A stretch of DNA of 64,000 nucleotides, taken from the NCBI GenBank assembly GCA_942492855.1, contig OW818647.1, forward strand, positions 1,017,864 through 1,081,863. Reading direction: 5' to 3'. The notes beneath the pieces were generated by a model that saw only the letters and a list, made by a program, of their open reading frames with translations, was not told where the DNA came from and made no database searches. This DNA is from Armatimonadota bacterium (lineage in GTDB: Bacteria > Armatimonadota > HRBIN16). This document shows, one piece after another, positions 9,635 through 18,110 of the stretch (positions within the stretch are counted from its first letter, which is position 1; every line of letters begins with the position of its first letter). The position numbers and the translations under genes are program-made.

Positions 9635-10003
9635 TTAGGCAGCAACTTCCGGTTCAACCGTCTGTACCATTCGTGCCAGTTCCACGCACCGGCCAGCATG
9701 TGAAATCATGGCATCCTGCTCGGTGGCTATACCGATCTGGCAAACGGCATGACGCAGGCACCACAGTGCATTCATCATGTCGGTGTTTGCTTGTTCAGGA
9801 TTGCCTTGTGCCATCCAGTATGCATAGCACTGCTGAAACAGAGTGCCTGCACTTACGAAGTCGCTGTTGCCTAGGTATGCCATTATGGCTTGTTCTGGGC
9901 TGAGTTGTATTACTTCTGAAGGGGTTACGAGATTGTCCATAAATGTTATATGTCCTTTTGGTTTCTTATAAACGAGGAGTGGAAATCTTGGGGCACCCGT
10001 CAC
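9635..10003 (-). CDS. Phage hypothetical protein
   Basis: 122-aa ORF coupled to the putative terS; start uncertain (GTG 10003 or a later ATG). Confidence 0.6.
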   Translation of the reverse strand: MTGAPRFPLLVYKKPKGHITFMDNLVTPSEVIQLSPEQAIMAYLGNSDFVSAGTLFQQCYAYWMAQGNPEQANTDMMNALWCLRHAVCQIGIATEQDAMISHAGRCVELARMVQTVEPEVAA

Positions 10004-10171
10004 GATGCCCCATAGACCAAGGAGGTTGGAAAACCCTGACCAATGGCAAGTAAATCAAGGCTTAGGGCTGAGGAGGTACAGCCCTAGTTACTCACACCCC
10101 TGGGATCAGATCCCTATGTGTGTGATAGAGGTTTTTACCCCTCTATATACTAGGATAGGTAGGAGGGGTAA

Positions 10172-11389
10172 TTACGGTTTCATAGCCTTCAGAGGTAATA
10201 CTTTGATATGCTTGAACAGGTCAGATACAGAACACCCTAATGCCTCGGCTATCTTTCCAGCCTGCTCTTTGGTTGGAATTCGTCCACAGTAGACCATGTC
10301 CTTGATCGTACTAGTAAGTAAACCTGTCTCATTAGCCAACCTAGGCATGGTTGTATGCGTGGCAATAGCATCACGCAGAGCGATATTTCCTGTCGTATCG
10401 AGCCTGCATTTCCTGTTCACTGCTTCACGGGTTGCAGTTCGTACGTTCGTATACCTAATAACTGGGAATAGTCTGTGGATGTTAGCCTTTAGGTGGCTGG
10501 CAACTGTCTTTGCTTGTTTCTCTGTGGGAAGAGCTTCACCATTCACTATTCTTCGTAACACAGATTTTGAAATGCCAGTGCATTCAACTATCTTTAGTAC
10601 GGATGTTTCGTAGTGACTATCAAGGTGTTTCCATAGTGTGGTGGTCACAGTATCGCTTTGCATCTCGTAACACAACTCATTTACGCTTGTGTGAAGCACC
10701 TTGCATATGTGCGACAGGTCATCGGGTATTGAACCACGATACATACTGTCTACCGTCAATGGCGTCACACCTAGCAAGGTAGAAAGACGCAGGCAGGTTA
10801 TACCTTGTGCTATGGCATGATTGTGTATGTTTTGACCGATCCTCTTATCTGATAACTTAGCAGGAATTGGTTCTCTTTGTATCTGAGGGAATAGTGTGTC
10901 CATATTCTTAGGATCAGCAAATAGGTTCGCTATAGAACAGTTCATAGCACCACATATTGCTTCAGCCTGCAGGCGTGTGGGCTCTGAATATCCATTAGTG
11001 ATGTTATTCACAACAGCTACACTTAATCCCGTCATCCTGCAGAGCTGATCATTGTTAATACCTGCAGTATGTACCATACGATTCAAGACCTTATCAACTG
11101 TTCGAAGCTGATGTGGTGGTGGGGATATCATCTCATGCCAAGTATTAGCTTCGAATTCTTTAGCAGTGATCCCGTCAGCCACCATCGATTCAGCACTCTG
11201 TGGTTTCATTCCGCTATAAGGCCTGATCTGATCCCATAAATCGGTTACCCTCACGCCAAGCATCTCGGCTATACCCTCAGCATCTCGCCATGAGGGTATA
11301 GTACCATTGATGAGGTCTCGTACTTCATTTGGGTATAGGTGAGCGGCAGCAGCAAAGGTCTCTACGTCAATGCCTTTCTCCTCTAGCAT
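10172..11389 (-). CDS. Transcriptional regulator with five tandem Cro/C1 (XRE) HTH domains
   Basis: Five repeats of the pattern L..TG.S...I..I.NG...P....A..IA..LG..V.DLF; probable start at ATG 11389 (ORF track extends it to 11440). Confidence 0.8.
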   Translation of the reverse strand: MLEEKGIDVETFAAAAHLYPNEVRDLINGTIPSWRDAEGIAEMLGVRVTDLWDQIRPYSGMKPQSAESMVADGITAKEFEANTWHEMISPPPHQLRTVDKVLNRMVHTAGINNDQLCRMTGLSVAVVNNITNGYSEPTRLQAEAICGAMNCSIANLFADPKNMDTLFPQIQREPIPAKLSDKRIGQNIHNHAIAQGITCLRLSTLLGVTPLTVDSMYRGSIPDDLSHICKVLHTSVNELCYEMQSDTVTTTLWKHLDSHYETSVLKIVECTGISKSVLRRIVNGEALPTEKQAKTVASHLKANIHRLFPVIRYTNVRTATREAVNRKCRLDTTGNIALRDAIATHTTMPRLANETGLLTSTIKDMVYCGRIPTKEQAGKIAEALGCSVSDLFKHIKVLPLKAMKP

Positions 11390-11399
11390 GTCTGCCAGC

Positions 11400-11969
11400 C
11401 TACCCACGAGCCAGCATCCTGTCGATGGACCAACCTGCATGGTATCGGTAGCGCATTACATTTGAATCTAGTCCAGTCAGCTCTGCTAAGTCACATAGTG
11501 GCAACATCAAACCGCCATAATCCAGCTTGATGGTTCGAGAGGTGTTACGCTGCTGACGCTTCCATGTGGTCCATCTACAGTTGGACAGCTCGTATCCTTT
11601 ATCATTGTCAATCCTGTCGATGGTTTGGCATCCTGATGGCCTTACTCCCATGTCGGCTATGAACACTGCAAAGTCATGCCACTCTGGGCACACTGTGATA
11701 CCGCGTTCGCCGTAGTAGTGATAGTCCTTGTTGTTTGGATTTTCGCATCGTTGAAGCATAGATGTCCACACACTATATTCTGGAGTATGCTTCATACCAT
11801 GGTGCGATACTGTACACCCGCAGCTCTTGGTCTTACCGTGTCGAACATCAGAATGTAGTGGTGTAGTCACGTTTCCGCAATCGCACAAGCACTCACATCT
11901 GGCTTTCGGAAGCATCTTGGTAACAACCAGTCGGCCAAACCTCTGGCCAGTAATATCGATTAGATTCAT
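11400..11969 (-). CDS. HNH homing endonuclease (free-standing)
   Basis: GQRFGRLVV, CxCDCG, KSCGC, YSVWTSMLQRC, YYGERGITVC and TIDRIDNDKGYELSNCRW motifs. Confidence 0.9.
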   Translation of the reverse strand: MNLIDITGQRFGRLVVTKMLPKARCECLCDCGNVTTPLHSDVRHGKTKSCGCTVSHHGMKHTPEYSVWTSMLQRCENPNNKDYHYYGERGITVCPEWHDFAVFIADMGVRPSGCQTIDRIDNDKGYELSNCRWTTWKRQQRNTSRTIKLDYGGLMLPLCDLAELTGLDSNVMRYRYHAGWSIDRMLARG

Positions 11970-12391
11970 TATTTATCTCTCCTGGAAACAATCACATATC
12001 TCTTTATGTTCTCAATCTCGTTTTCAACTGTCTTAATAGTCAACCCCATCATCTTGGCAATCTCACGTATCCGCCAGCCACAGATTATGTAGTAAACGAT
12101 GTCCCGTGCTTGAGTACCAATACTGGATTCCAGGTCGGTCAGAAACACGAAGTCACTGTCATCTGGCGTGTAGCCAATCTGTCCAACATCAACACCGGCC
12201 ATGCGTTTAGCGTGGTGCCGTTGGTTGCGTGCGATACTAGCTGATCGTCGCTGAGCAAATGTCTCAATGGGTTCTTGTCTGGTCGATGATGTGTAGTCGA
12301 TGAATATCTGGGTAGCATTGGTTGGGTAGTTGCGGATCAGATAGGTGCTAATCTCTTTATCGGTCATGATCGTCACGCAGAGCATTAACAA
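11969..12391 (-). CDS. Sigma-70 region-4/LuxR-type HTH protein, candidate late-gene activator
   Basis: C-terminal GWRIREIAKMMGLTIKTVENEIENIKR; located upstream of the packaging genes. Confidence 0.7.
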   Translation of the reverse strand: MLMLCVTIMTDKEISTYLIRNYPTNATQIFIDYTSSTRQEPIETFAQRRSASIARNQRHHAKRMAGVDVGQIGYTPDDSDFVFLTDLESSIGTQARDIVYYIICGWRIREIAKMMGLTIKTVENEIENIKRYVIVSRRDK

Positions 12392-12509
12392 GCTCTTTCA
12401 GTAGTAGCAAGCTATCATCGAGTACAGCATCAATCCGATCAATGATCATGTACACGGTCTCGTTGCGTACAACTTCACATAGTTCTGTGTAGGTAGCAGG
12501 TGTTTCCAT
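12357..12509 (-). CDS. Phage hypothetical protein (about 50 aa)
   Basis: AAGGAG RBS then ATG at 12509 (METPATY...). Confidence 0.5.
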   Translation of the reverse strand: METPATYTELCEVVRNETVYMIIDRIDAVLDDSLLLLKELVNALRDDHDR

Positions 12510-12519
12510 TGCAGTCTCC

Positions 12520-12774
12520 TTAGAGGTGGATGTCAGAGCCAATACACACGTCGCCATTAATCATGTATCGGTTAAATAGGTCACGGGGTTTACAGTCGAG
12601 GGCGTTAGCAATTCTCATGGCTACAGCTATTGTCGGGATCATACTTCCTGTGCTGTATCTGCTCAGGTGCTGTACTCCGATACCTGTCCTGAAAGATAGC
12701 TGCTGGCGGTTGATACCTCGGTCGATTTGGTATGCTACCATCGGTGATAGTTTTGGGGGGCGTCCTGTTCTCAT
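12520..12774 (-). CDS. Cro/C1-type HTH regulator
   Basis: RQQLSFRTGIGVQHLSRYSTGSMIPTIAVAMRIANALDCKPRDLF XRE pattern; first gene of the leftward operon. Confidence 0.85.
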   Translation of the reverse strand: MRTGRPPKLSPMVAYQIDRGINRQQLSFRTGIGVQHLSRYSTGSMIPTIAVAMRIANALDCKPRDLFNRYMINGDVCIGSDIHL

Positions 12775-13148
12775 TGATTACCTTCTTTAATGGTTTTTAT
12801 TCGGCTTCAAATATTAATTCAAAATAGACAACAATGGAAACGTGCATTATGCCCCAATATCCTAAGATAAGACAGTAAATATACCTGTTTTTAGAAATTG
12901 GTAAAAAATAAGTGAGATTGTCTGTTACTGAGTAGGATAACAGTCGAGAAAGTGTACCATTTGCGAAATGTCTGCATATGATAATAGTAGATGCCCAACT
13001 AACAGGTGGTATGTACTATTCTTTGAAATAGGCGGGAGGCAGAAAACTAAATAGAGTGTGTGTTCCCCATTAAAGCTGTCTCTGGCTCCATTGTGTGATT
13101 CTGCGCTCCCTACCTGGTTCTTGTTCGCTGGGTAGGGATTATTCTTAG

Positions 13149-13184
13149 AAAACAGGAAACCCCACTGCCGTAAGCAAAGGGGTT
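13149..13184 (-). terminator. Probable terminator of the 14232-13249 gene trio
   Basis: Minus strand AACCCC-TTTGC-TTAC-GGCAGT-GGGGTT followed by TCCTGTTTT. Confidence 0.55.
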
Positions 13185-13248
13185 ATTGGGATAGCGATTC
13201 CTGACACCACAAGGCCCATACAGAGCATTGTTTGTATTACTGGAGTAT

Positions 13249-13506
13249 TTATGAAGGGTTATTTAGTAGATAGTCTTCCGTAATCTTCTTGACTTGTGCT
13301 GCTGTTAGCCCCTTCTCTTGAACAAAGGTTTCGAAGATTCTTCTCGATACTTCAAGATGTGGGTAATCAACTTCACTTATGGGGACGTTCGATAATATGG
13401 TATGCGGTACCAATTGAAGAATAGTCTCATAGTTGGCCTTATCCACTTCGTCTTTTATCCTAGTGATGTATGCATAATCTTTTTCTACGTAGTCATAGTT
13501 CGGCAT
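13249..13506 (-). CDS. Phage hypothetical protein
   Basis: 85 aa, separated from the upstream ORF by 1 nt. Confidence 0.65.
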   Translation of the reverse strand: MPNYDYVEKDYAYITRIKDEVDKANYETILQLVPHTILSNVPISEVDYPHLEVSRRIFETFVQEKGLTAAQVKKITEDYLLNNPS

Positions 13507-13507
13507 A

Positions 13508-13870
13508 CTATTTCACTACCACCCTGTGATGACGAACCGCATCTATTAGGTCGGCAGCATCTTCGAAGGCATGACCTTCAAAAACCTCAAGTTGTGTAGC
13601 TATTACCAAATAGGTATATAGAACCATATTATCACTTGCTACTCTATCAACTAATTCCATTAGTTCTCCAGCAGTATATGTACCTTGAGTTGTAACCGCT
13701 GTATGCAGTTTCTTATGTCGGGACAATACTGCAGCTTTTGTTGCAGCTTCATCTAATATATCTAAAGCCTCCACACGAAGCTTTGCCATTTCTTCAACAG
13801 CAGTTGGGGAATCGCCATCTTTAAAACTGTTCAAAGATGCTGGAACGTCTATTGCTATACCACTAAACAC
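13508..13870 (-). CDS. Phage hypothetical protein
   Basis: 120 aa, stop/start overlap with the upstream ORF. Confidence 0.7.
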   Translation of the reverse strand: MFSGIAIDVPASLNSFKDGDSPTAVEEMAKLRVEALDILDEAATKAAVLSRHKKLHTAVTTQGTYTAGELMELVDRVASDNMVLYTYLVIATQLEVFEGHAFEDAADLIDAVRHHRVVVK

Positions 13871-14232
13871 TATTTACCTACCTTGAACCTATAGTCCTTG
13901 GGAAACACTCTGCCATTAGCTATTTTTAGTACGTCATCTGCTGTAGTGGTGATGGGATCCTGGCCCATAAACCAACTGACTTCAGTGGCAATATTTATAT
14001 AGTGCCTAATAAGCAATACGCAGCTGCTGGCTATTGATAGTTGATTCCATAGCTCCTCAGTGTTGGCACCTATAAAATCCAATCCAACATCCGCATTAGC
14101 CATATCTTCGATTAACTCAAGGGATGAAAGCTCATTCTCTAAATCTACCCAGATTCTTCCTAAAGCCTCCATACGTAGCTCGTTCATCGGAGCGTCGTTC
14201 TTTAAAGGAACGAATGTGACACCTTGCAACAT
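13870..14232 (-). CDS. Phage hypothetical protein
   Basis: 120 aa; AAGGAG RBS upstream. Confidence 0.7.
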   Translation of the reverse strand: MLQGVTFVPLKNDAPMNELRMEALGRIWVDLENELSSLELIEDMANADVGLDFIGANTEELWNQLSIASSCVLLIRHYINIATEVSWFMGQDPITTTADDVLKIANGRVFPKDYRFKVGK

Positions 14233-14577
14233 CGCTTATATCTCCTTAAGTAGTGGTAACGGTAAAAGCATACCGTACATGTGCCAGTGTTGCAAGGGCA
14301 TCCCATCTGACCGTTGTTGTTCTTTTTCAGCAGGCGAAGCGTAGCTTCGGCGGAGGTACCGGTACCATCGACCGCTGCTTGGTATCCGCTCCCCACAGCT
14401 TGCTGTGCCTGCTGAACCCTTCGCCCAACCATATGAGGATCAAGACCCCAAGGAGCGGAGCGACGTTGAAGTTATTAATTATCTCAAAACATTAATATCT
14501 TAGTTATTTACGACTGTTAGTATCCTACCGGTACATATGGAAGTAAGGTAAAAAGTGAGCGTAGCGAACGAGATATT

Positions 14578-14810
14578 ACTATAGAGAGAGACTTGTCTCT
14601 ATAGTATATATCAAGTGAGCGTGCCTAATTACAAACTGTAATACAACACATACTCTAAGGGGATTTTATTACATTACAGTGTTAGAACACTTGAAATCTC
14701 TGTAATGCAACACATACTCTAAGCCCTCTTTTTTACATTACAGTTTTAACCAAGGTGTTCAGCAACTGTAATGTAGCACACTCCCTAAGTGGCAAATATT
14801 ACATTACGAG
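14578..14810. repeat. Putative phage replication origin: palindrome plus three 44-46-bp inverted-repeat units
   Basis: ACTATAGAGA/TCTCTATAGT palindrome (14578-14605) and units CTGTAATRYAR-N22-TTACATTACRR at 14636, 14700 and 14766; gene-free AT-rich region directly upstream of the replication ATPase. Confidence 0.75.
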
Positions 14811-14942
14811 TCAATTTGTACCGAAATTGAATCTGCTGCATATAATAGAGTGTAATATCGCTCTATATGATATTTCAATTACTGAATATTTACAGTGAAT
14901 TCGAATTAATTAATGTAAGACCAATTTAACGGAGGTTACCAG

Positions 14943-16043
14943 ATGTCAGTAGTAGCAGATTTCCTTAACGAGTACCACAAGTATCTAGACGGTGATGTAG
15001 CAAAAGATGAGATGTTGGGTAAGTGGCAGAACTTGACACCAGACCATCAGAAGCTAGTAAAGCGAGCAGTAGAAACATCGAGTAAGTTCAACCTGTCCTA
15101 TTTCCTACAAGACACCCTATGCCCATCCAACTCTGAGGGACAGATAGTACTATCCAGTGCTATCTTAGCTGATGATGAAGTGATAGATGTTGAACTCCCA
15201 CTGCTGGGACGAACAGGAAGCAATCTATTGTTTGAAGGAAGAGCAGCAATTATAGTTGCCGGAGCAAAGACAGGCAAGTCAATGCTAATGCTTCACTCTT
15301 TCAAACACTGGGAAGGTAAAGAGATCAAGATCTACACCGAAGAGAAGCGACCCACTTGGAACAGACGACTACACAAACTGCAGGATGCTGGAATTGTATT
15401 GGATAACCTGAAGATTGTCTATGATCAGAACGTAGGCTTCAGTGAAGTGCTGACAGGCATCTACAATACCGAGAGAAACGGAATAGTAATACTCGACACT
15501 CTCAGACGATACGGAAACTACACAGATGAGAATGACGCAATACAGGCACAGGCGGGTGTAGTACCTCTGATCGAAGCTGCAGAAGATGCCGGTGTCACAT
15601 TGATTGCCCTGCACCACAGCAACAAGACGTCATCCGAATACGGTAACCGTAGTGCTGTTTATGCAAGTGCCGGATCAACTGCCATCACAGCTAAGTTCGA
15701 TTCGATAATCCAAATCAAGAAGTGCGGTGACAAGTTAGTTATCGATGGAGACGTAAGGGATTACAAAGCCAGTAAGCTTGAAGCCAAGTGGATTGACAAC
15801 TTGCTTACTGCTATTGATCCACATGTGAACCCAGAAACTGGTAAAGAATTTACGCTTCCTGAAAAGATACTCAACCTGTTAAGAGAGGAACCAGGACTAA
15901 CGAGAAACGAGATATATGAAAAACTACAGGCAGGTTCACAAGAATCGATCAGAGTTGAAGTAAGCAACCTCAAGGGTAAAGGGAAGCTCATAGAAACTGG
16001 TTCGAGAGCCACAGCCACATATTCATTGCCGGAGGAAAACTAG
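14943..16043 (+). CDS. AAA/RecA-like replication ATPase/helicase (RepA/AAA_25-like) with C-terminal winged HTH
   Basis: Walker A AGAKTGKS, Walker B VILDTL, LIALHH.NK and AGSTAI motifs; C-terminal GLTRNEIYEKL...VSNLKGKGKL wHTH; GGAGG RBS. Confidence 0.85.
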   Translation: MSVVADFLNEYHKYLDGDVAKDEMLGKWQNLTPDHQKLVKRAVETSSKFNLSYFLQDTLCPSNSEGQIVLSSAILADDEVIDVELPLLGRTGSNLLFEGRAAIIVAGAKTGKSMLMLHSFKHWEGKEIKIYTEEKRPTWNRRLHKLQDAGIVLDNLKIVYDQNVGFSEVLTGIYNTERNGIVILDTLRRYGNYTDENDAIQAQAGVVPLIEAAEDAGVTLIALHHSNKTSSEYGNRSAVYASAGSTAITAKFDSIIQIKKCGDKLVIDGDVRDYKASKLEAKWIDNLLTAIDPHVNPETGKEFTLPEKILNLLREEPGLTRNEIYEKLQAGSQESIRVEVSNLKGKGKLIETGSRATATYSLPEEN

Positions 16044-16343
16044 ATGTCCAGACTTATATATCCTACCGAATATCCAAAACAAGTAACTATCGAGCTATTC
16101 ATCCCGTACCATAATGAGATAGTCAATGTCCCCGCTACGATGGAGAATGGGACAGTGTATGTCAGGAAAGACGTGATGCACGCAGCCAAGATATCACAGT
16201 GTGATCCAGACTGTATAGGACCTGATAAGTGCAAGGGTTGTAGCTACTACATGCACATGGTAGATGGAGCAGACCATAAGTTAGTCGATGATGGTAAATA
16301 CTACAAACTCGTGTTCCTGCCAGACCTATTTGGTGATTACTAG
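16044..16343 (+). CDS. Phage hypothetical protein with a Cys cluster
   Basis: 99 aa coupled to the ATPase; CDPDCIGPDKCKGC. Confidence 0.65.
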   Translation: MSRLIYPTEYPKQVTIELFIPYHNEIVNVPATMENGTVYVRKDVMHAAKISQCDPDCIGPDKCKGCSYYMHMVDGADHKLVDDGKYYKLVFLPDLFGDY

Positions 16344-16447
16344 ATGAAATACACCATCCACAAGAACGGAAAGCCAGGCACACTACACGCGCCAACCGAC
16401 TGCTGCGTAGAGCGCACAGAAAATAGAAAAACTTCAGGGAGAAAGTA

Positions 16448-16651
16448 ATGCACACAATATATTCAGTTATGGACCAGAACAGCACCTTCACAGATGACGA
16501 AGGCAACATAATGATGGAGTGTTTTTTCCATTCAAAAGAGGAAGCAATAGCTTATATGTCAGAGCACAACATAGCCAGTGAGATCGAAGAGACTGAATGT
16601 ATAACCAGTGACGAGTATTGGGCAGAGCGAAGGAAAACCAGTGAGGATTGA
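16448..16651 (+). CDS. Phage hypothetical protein
   Basis: 67-aa acidic ORF with upstream GGGAG. Confidence 0.55.
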   Translation: MHTIYSVMDQNSTFTDDEGNIMMECFFHSKEEAIAYMSEHNIASEIEETECITSDEYWAERRKTSED

Positions 16652-16718
16652 TAGAGACCTGCCACAGGGCACAGTCATGATACCAGCCAGGTTTGGGAGG
16701 TGAAACATCAAGCACAAC

Positions 16719-17120
16719 ATGTGTTATACCACTGAGTACCATTCTTGGAGAGCAATGAAACAACGGTGTCTGTGTCCCACCAACGGGAACTACCCAAACT
16801 ATGGAGGACGTGGCATCGGCGTAGACGATGACTGGAAAGGCAGTTTCGAGAAGTTCATAGACGACATGGGACCTAAGCCAGCACCCGATTACTCCATCGA
16901 CCGCATTGATGTCAATGGCGACTACTGCAAAGATAACTGTAAATGGGCATCGATAAAGGAACAGTCAACTAACCGTCGTAACACGATCCGTGTAGACATC
17001 AATGGCGAAGCACTCACACTGCCAGAGATCGCAGAACGCACAGGCATTAACATCAAGACCATCCAGAAACGCTACTACAGCGGCAAACGGGACGATGATC
17101 TGATCAAGCCTGTCAAGTAG
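16719..17120 (+). CDS. HNH endonuclease lacking the N-terminal zinc module
   Basis: EYHSWRAMKQRC, NYGGRGI and SIDRIDVNGDYCKDNCKW motifs; in-frame TGA at 16701. Confidence 0.8.
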   Translation: MCYTTEYHSWRAMKQRCLCPTNGNYPNYGGRGIGVDDDWKGSFEKFIDDMGPKPAPDYSIDRIDVNGDYCKDNCKWASIKEQSTNRRNTIRVDINGEALTLPEIAERTGINIKTIQKRYYSGKRDDDLIKPVK

Positions 17121-17121
17121 G

Positions 17122-17156
17122 AAAACCCCTGTGTTTAGTATGCTCAGGGGTTTTTT
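17122..17156. terminator. Bidirectional terminator between convergent HNH and integrase genes
   Basis: AAAACCCCTG-N13-CAGGGGTTTTTT. Confidence 0.85.
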
Positions 17157-18046
17157 CATCTCTTTAAGCGGTGTGTCCAGCTCACTGTTTCGTGAACCTG
17201 CTGCAGTACCTCAGGCCGTATGCCAAGGTATTTCTGGGTGGTTGCAAGGGAAGCGTGACCCAACAGTTGACGTACCACTTCAAGGTTCGCTCCGCTTTCC
17301 ACCCATGCTGTCGCAGCTGCACGCCTTAGCATATGTGGTGAGATGTGTATGTGAGCCATCTTACACCGCCTCTGGAACATCAACCTAATAGCGTTGCTAG
17401 TCATCGGGTCATCATATCGGTCAACGAACAGAGAGTTGCTGTGATCAGGCCTAGACGCCATATAACGGATCAGCATCATCCTGGTTTTTGATGTGATGAA
17501 CACATATCTGTCACGCCTACCCTTTGTCTCATGAAGCACGATATTCCCTTCGATGGCATCACGTGTCAATCCAACCAACTCACCCATCCTGCAGCCTGTA
17601 TCAAGCAGGAACAGGATGATTGCCCGGTCACGCAAGTCAAGCAGTTCTTTCCCGCACGTGTTTAGAAGCTCAAGTATGGTTTTGTCAGTAGGGGGTGACT
17701 TCTGTTCGCTGTCCACCTTAGGGGGCCTTAGCTTTGCAAGCGGTGGCGCAGGCACAAGCTCTTGATTGTATACCCAGTTCGAAAAGGCCTTGAGTGTCCT
17801 GTATATGGCATGTACCGAGATCGGCTTGATTCCACGTTCAGTGGCTGCGATCAGCAAGCGGTTTGCCACGAGTAGCGTCATATCGCCAATGGTTGGTGCC
17901 ACCTCAGGGAGGTTTCGCAGGTTTTCCTGGTAGAACTCAAGTGTCCTTGGTCGCAGTCCCCTAGCTCGACAATCCTGTAGAAAGTAGGTTATAATATCTG
18001 AGGTCACAAGGGCTTTCTGATTCGTATGAATCAGGAGCTCGTCCAT
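17156..18046 (-). CDS. int: Tyrosine recombinase/integrase (XerC/D-like, no arm-binding domain)
   Basis: RDRAII.FLLDTGCRMGEL, ETKG, HMLRR, LLGH and TTQKY catalytic motifs; 296 aa. Confidence 0.95.
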   Translation of the reverse strand: MDELLIHTNQKALVTSDIITYFLQDCRARGLRPRTLEFYQENLRNLPEVAPTIGDMTLLVANRLLIAATERGIKPISVHAIYRTLKAFSNWVYNQELVPAPPLAKLRPPKVDSEQKSPPTDKTILELLNTCGKELLDLRDRAIILFLLDTGCRMGELVGLTRDAIEGNIVLHETKGRRDRYVFITSKTRMMLIRYMASRPDHSNSLFVDRYDDPMTSNAIRLMFQRRCKMAHIHISPHMLRRAAATAWVESGANLEVVRQLLGHASLATTQKYLGIRPEVLQQVHETVSWTHRLKR

Positions 18047-18110
18047 TTCGGATTCGTCCCTTCAAAAGCGATAAGTGGTCGTTTTTACTGCTCATTTATC
18101 CAATCATCGC

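Larger units (their letters stand above)
1..18110. mobile_element. Prophage, right arm (podovirus-like head/neck module; left end outside window)
   Basis: Contiguous terminase-portal-scaffold-capsid-neck genes with TAATG/TAAATG translational coupling, a replication ATPase, two HNH genes and a terminal tyrosine integrase next to tRNA-His; visibly more AT-rich than host DNA after 18200. Confidence 0.95.

Noticed and set aside
11400-11969. HNH gene as part of a group I intron interrupting a phage gene
   Set aside because: It is translationally coupled to intact neighbours with almost no flanking non-coding RNA to form an intron core
13145-13228. 27-aa hydrophobic ORF (MLCMGLVVSGIAIPITPLLTAVGFPVF) as a type I toxin
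   Set aside because: No RBS, it overlaps the terminator hairpin, and no antisense partner is evident; cannot be supported without Ribo-seq
14635-14810. CRISPR mini-array interpretation of the three palindromic units
   Set aside because: The units vary internally, the intervening segments are only about 18-21 nt, and no cas gene or leader is present; the half-site phasing fits protein binding better
1-18110. Diversity-generating retroelement targeting the virion proteins
   Set aside because: No reverse transcriptase and no adenine-specific TR/VR pair seen in the window
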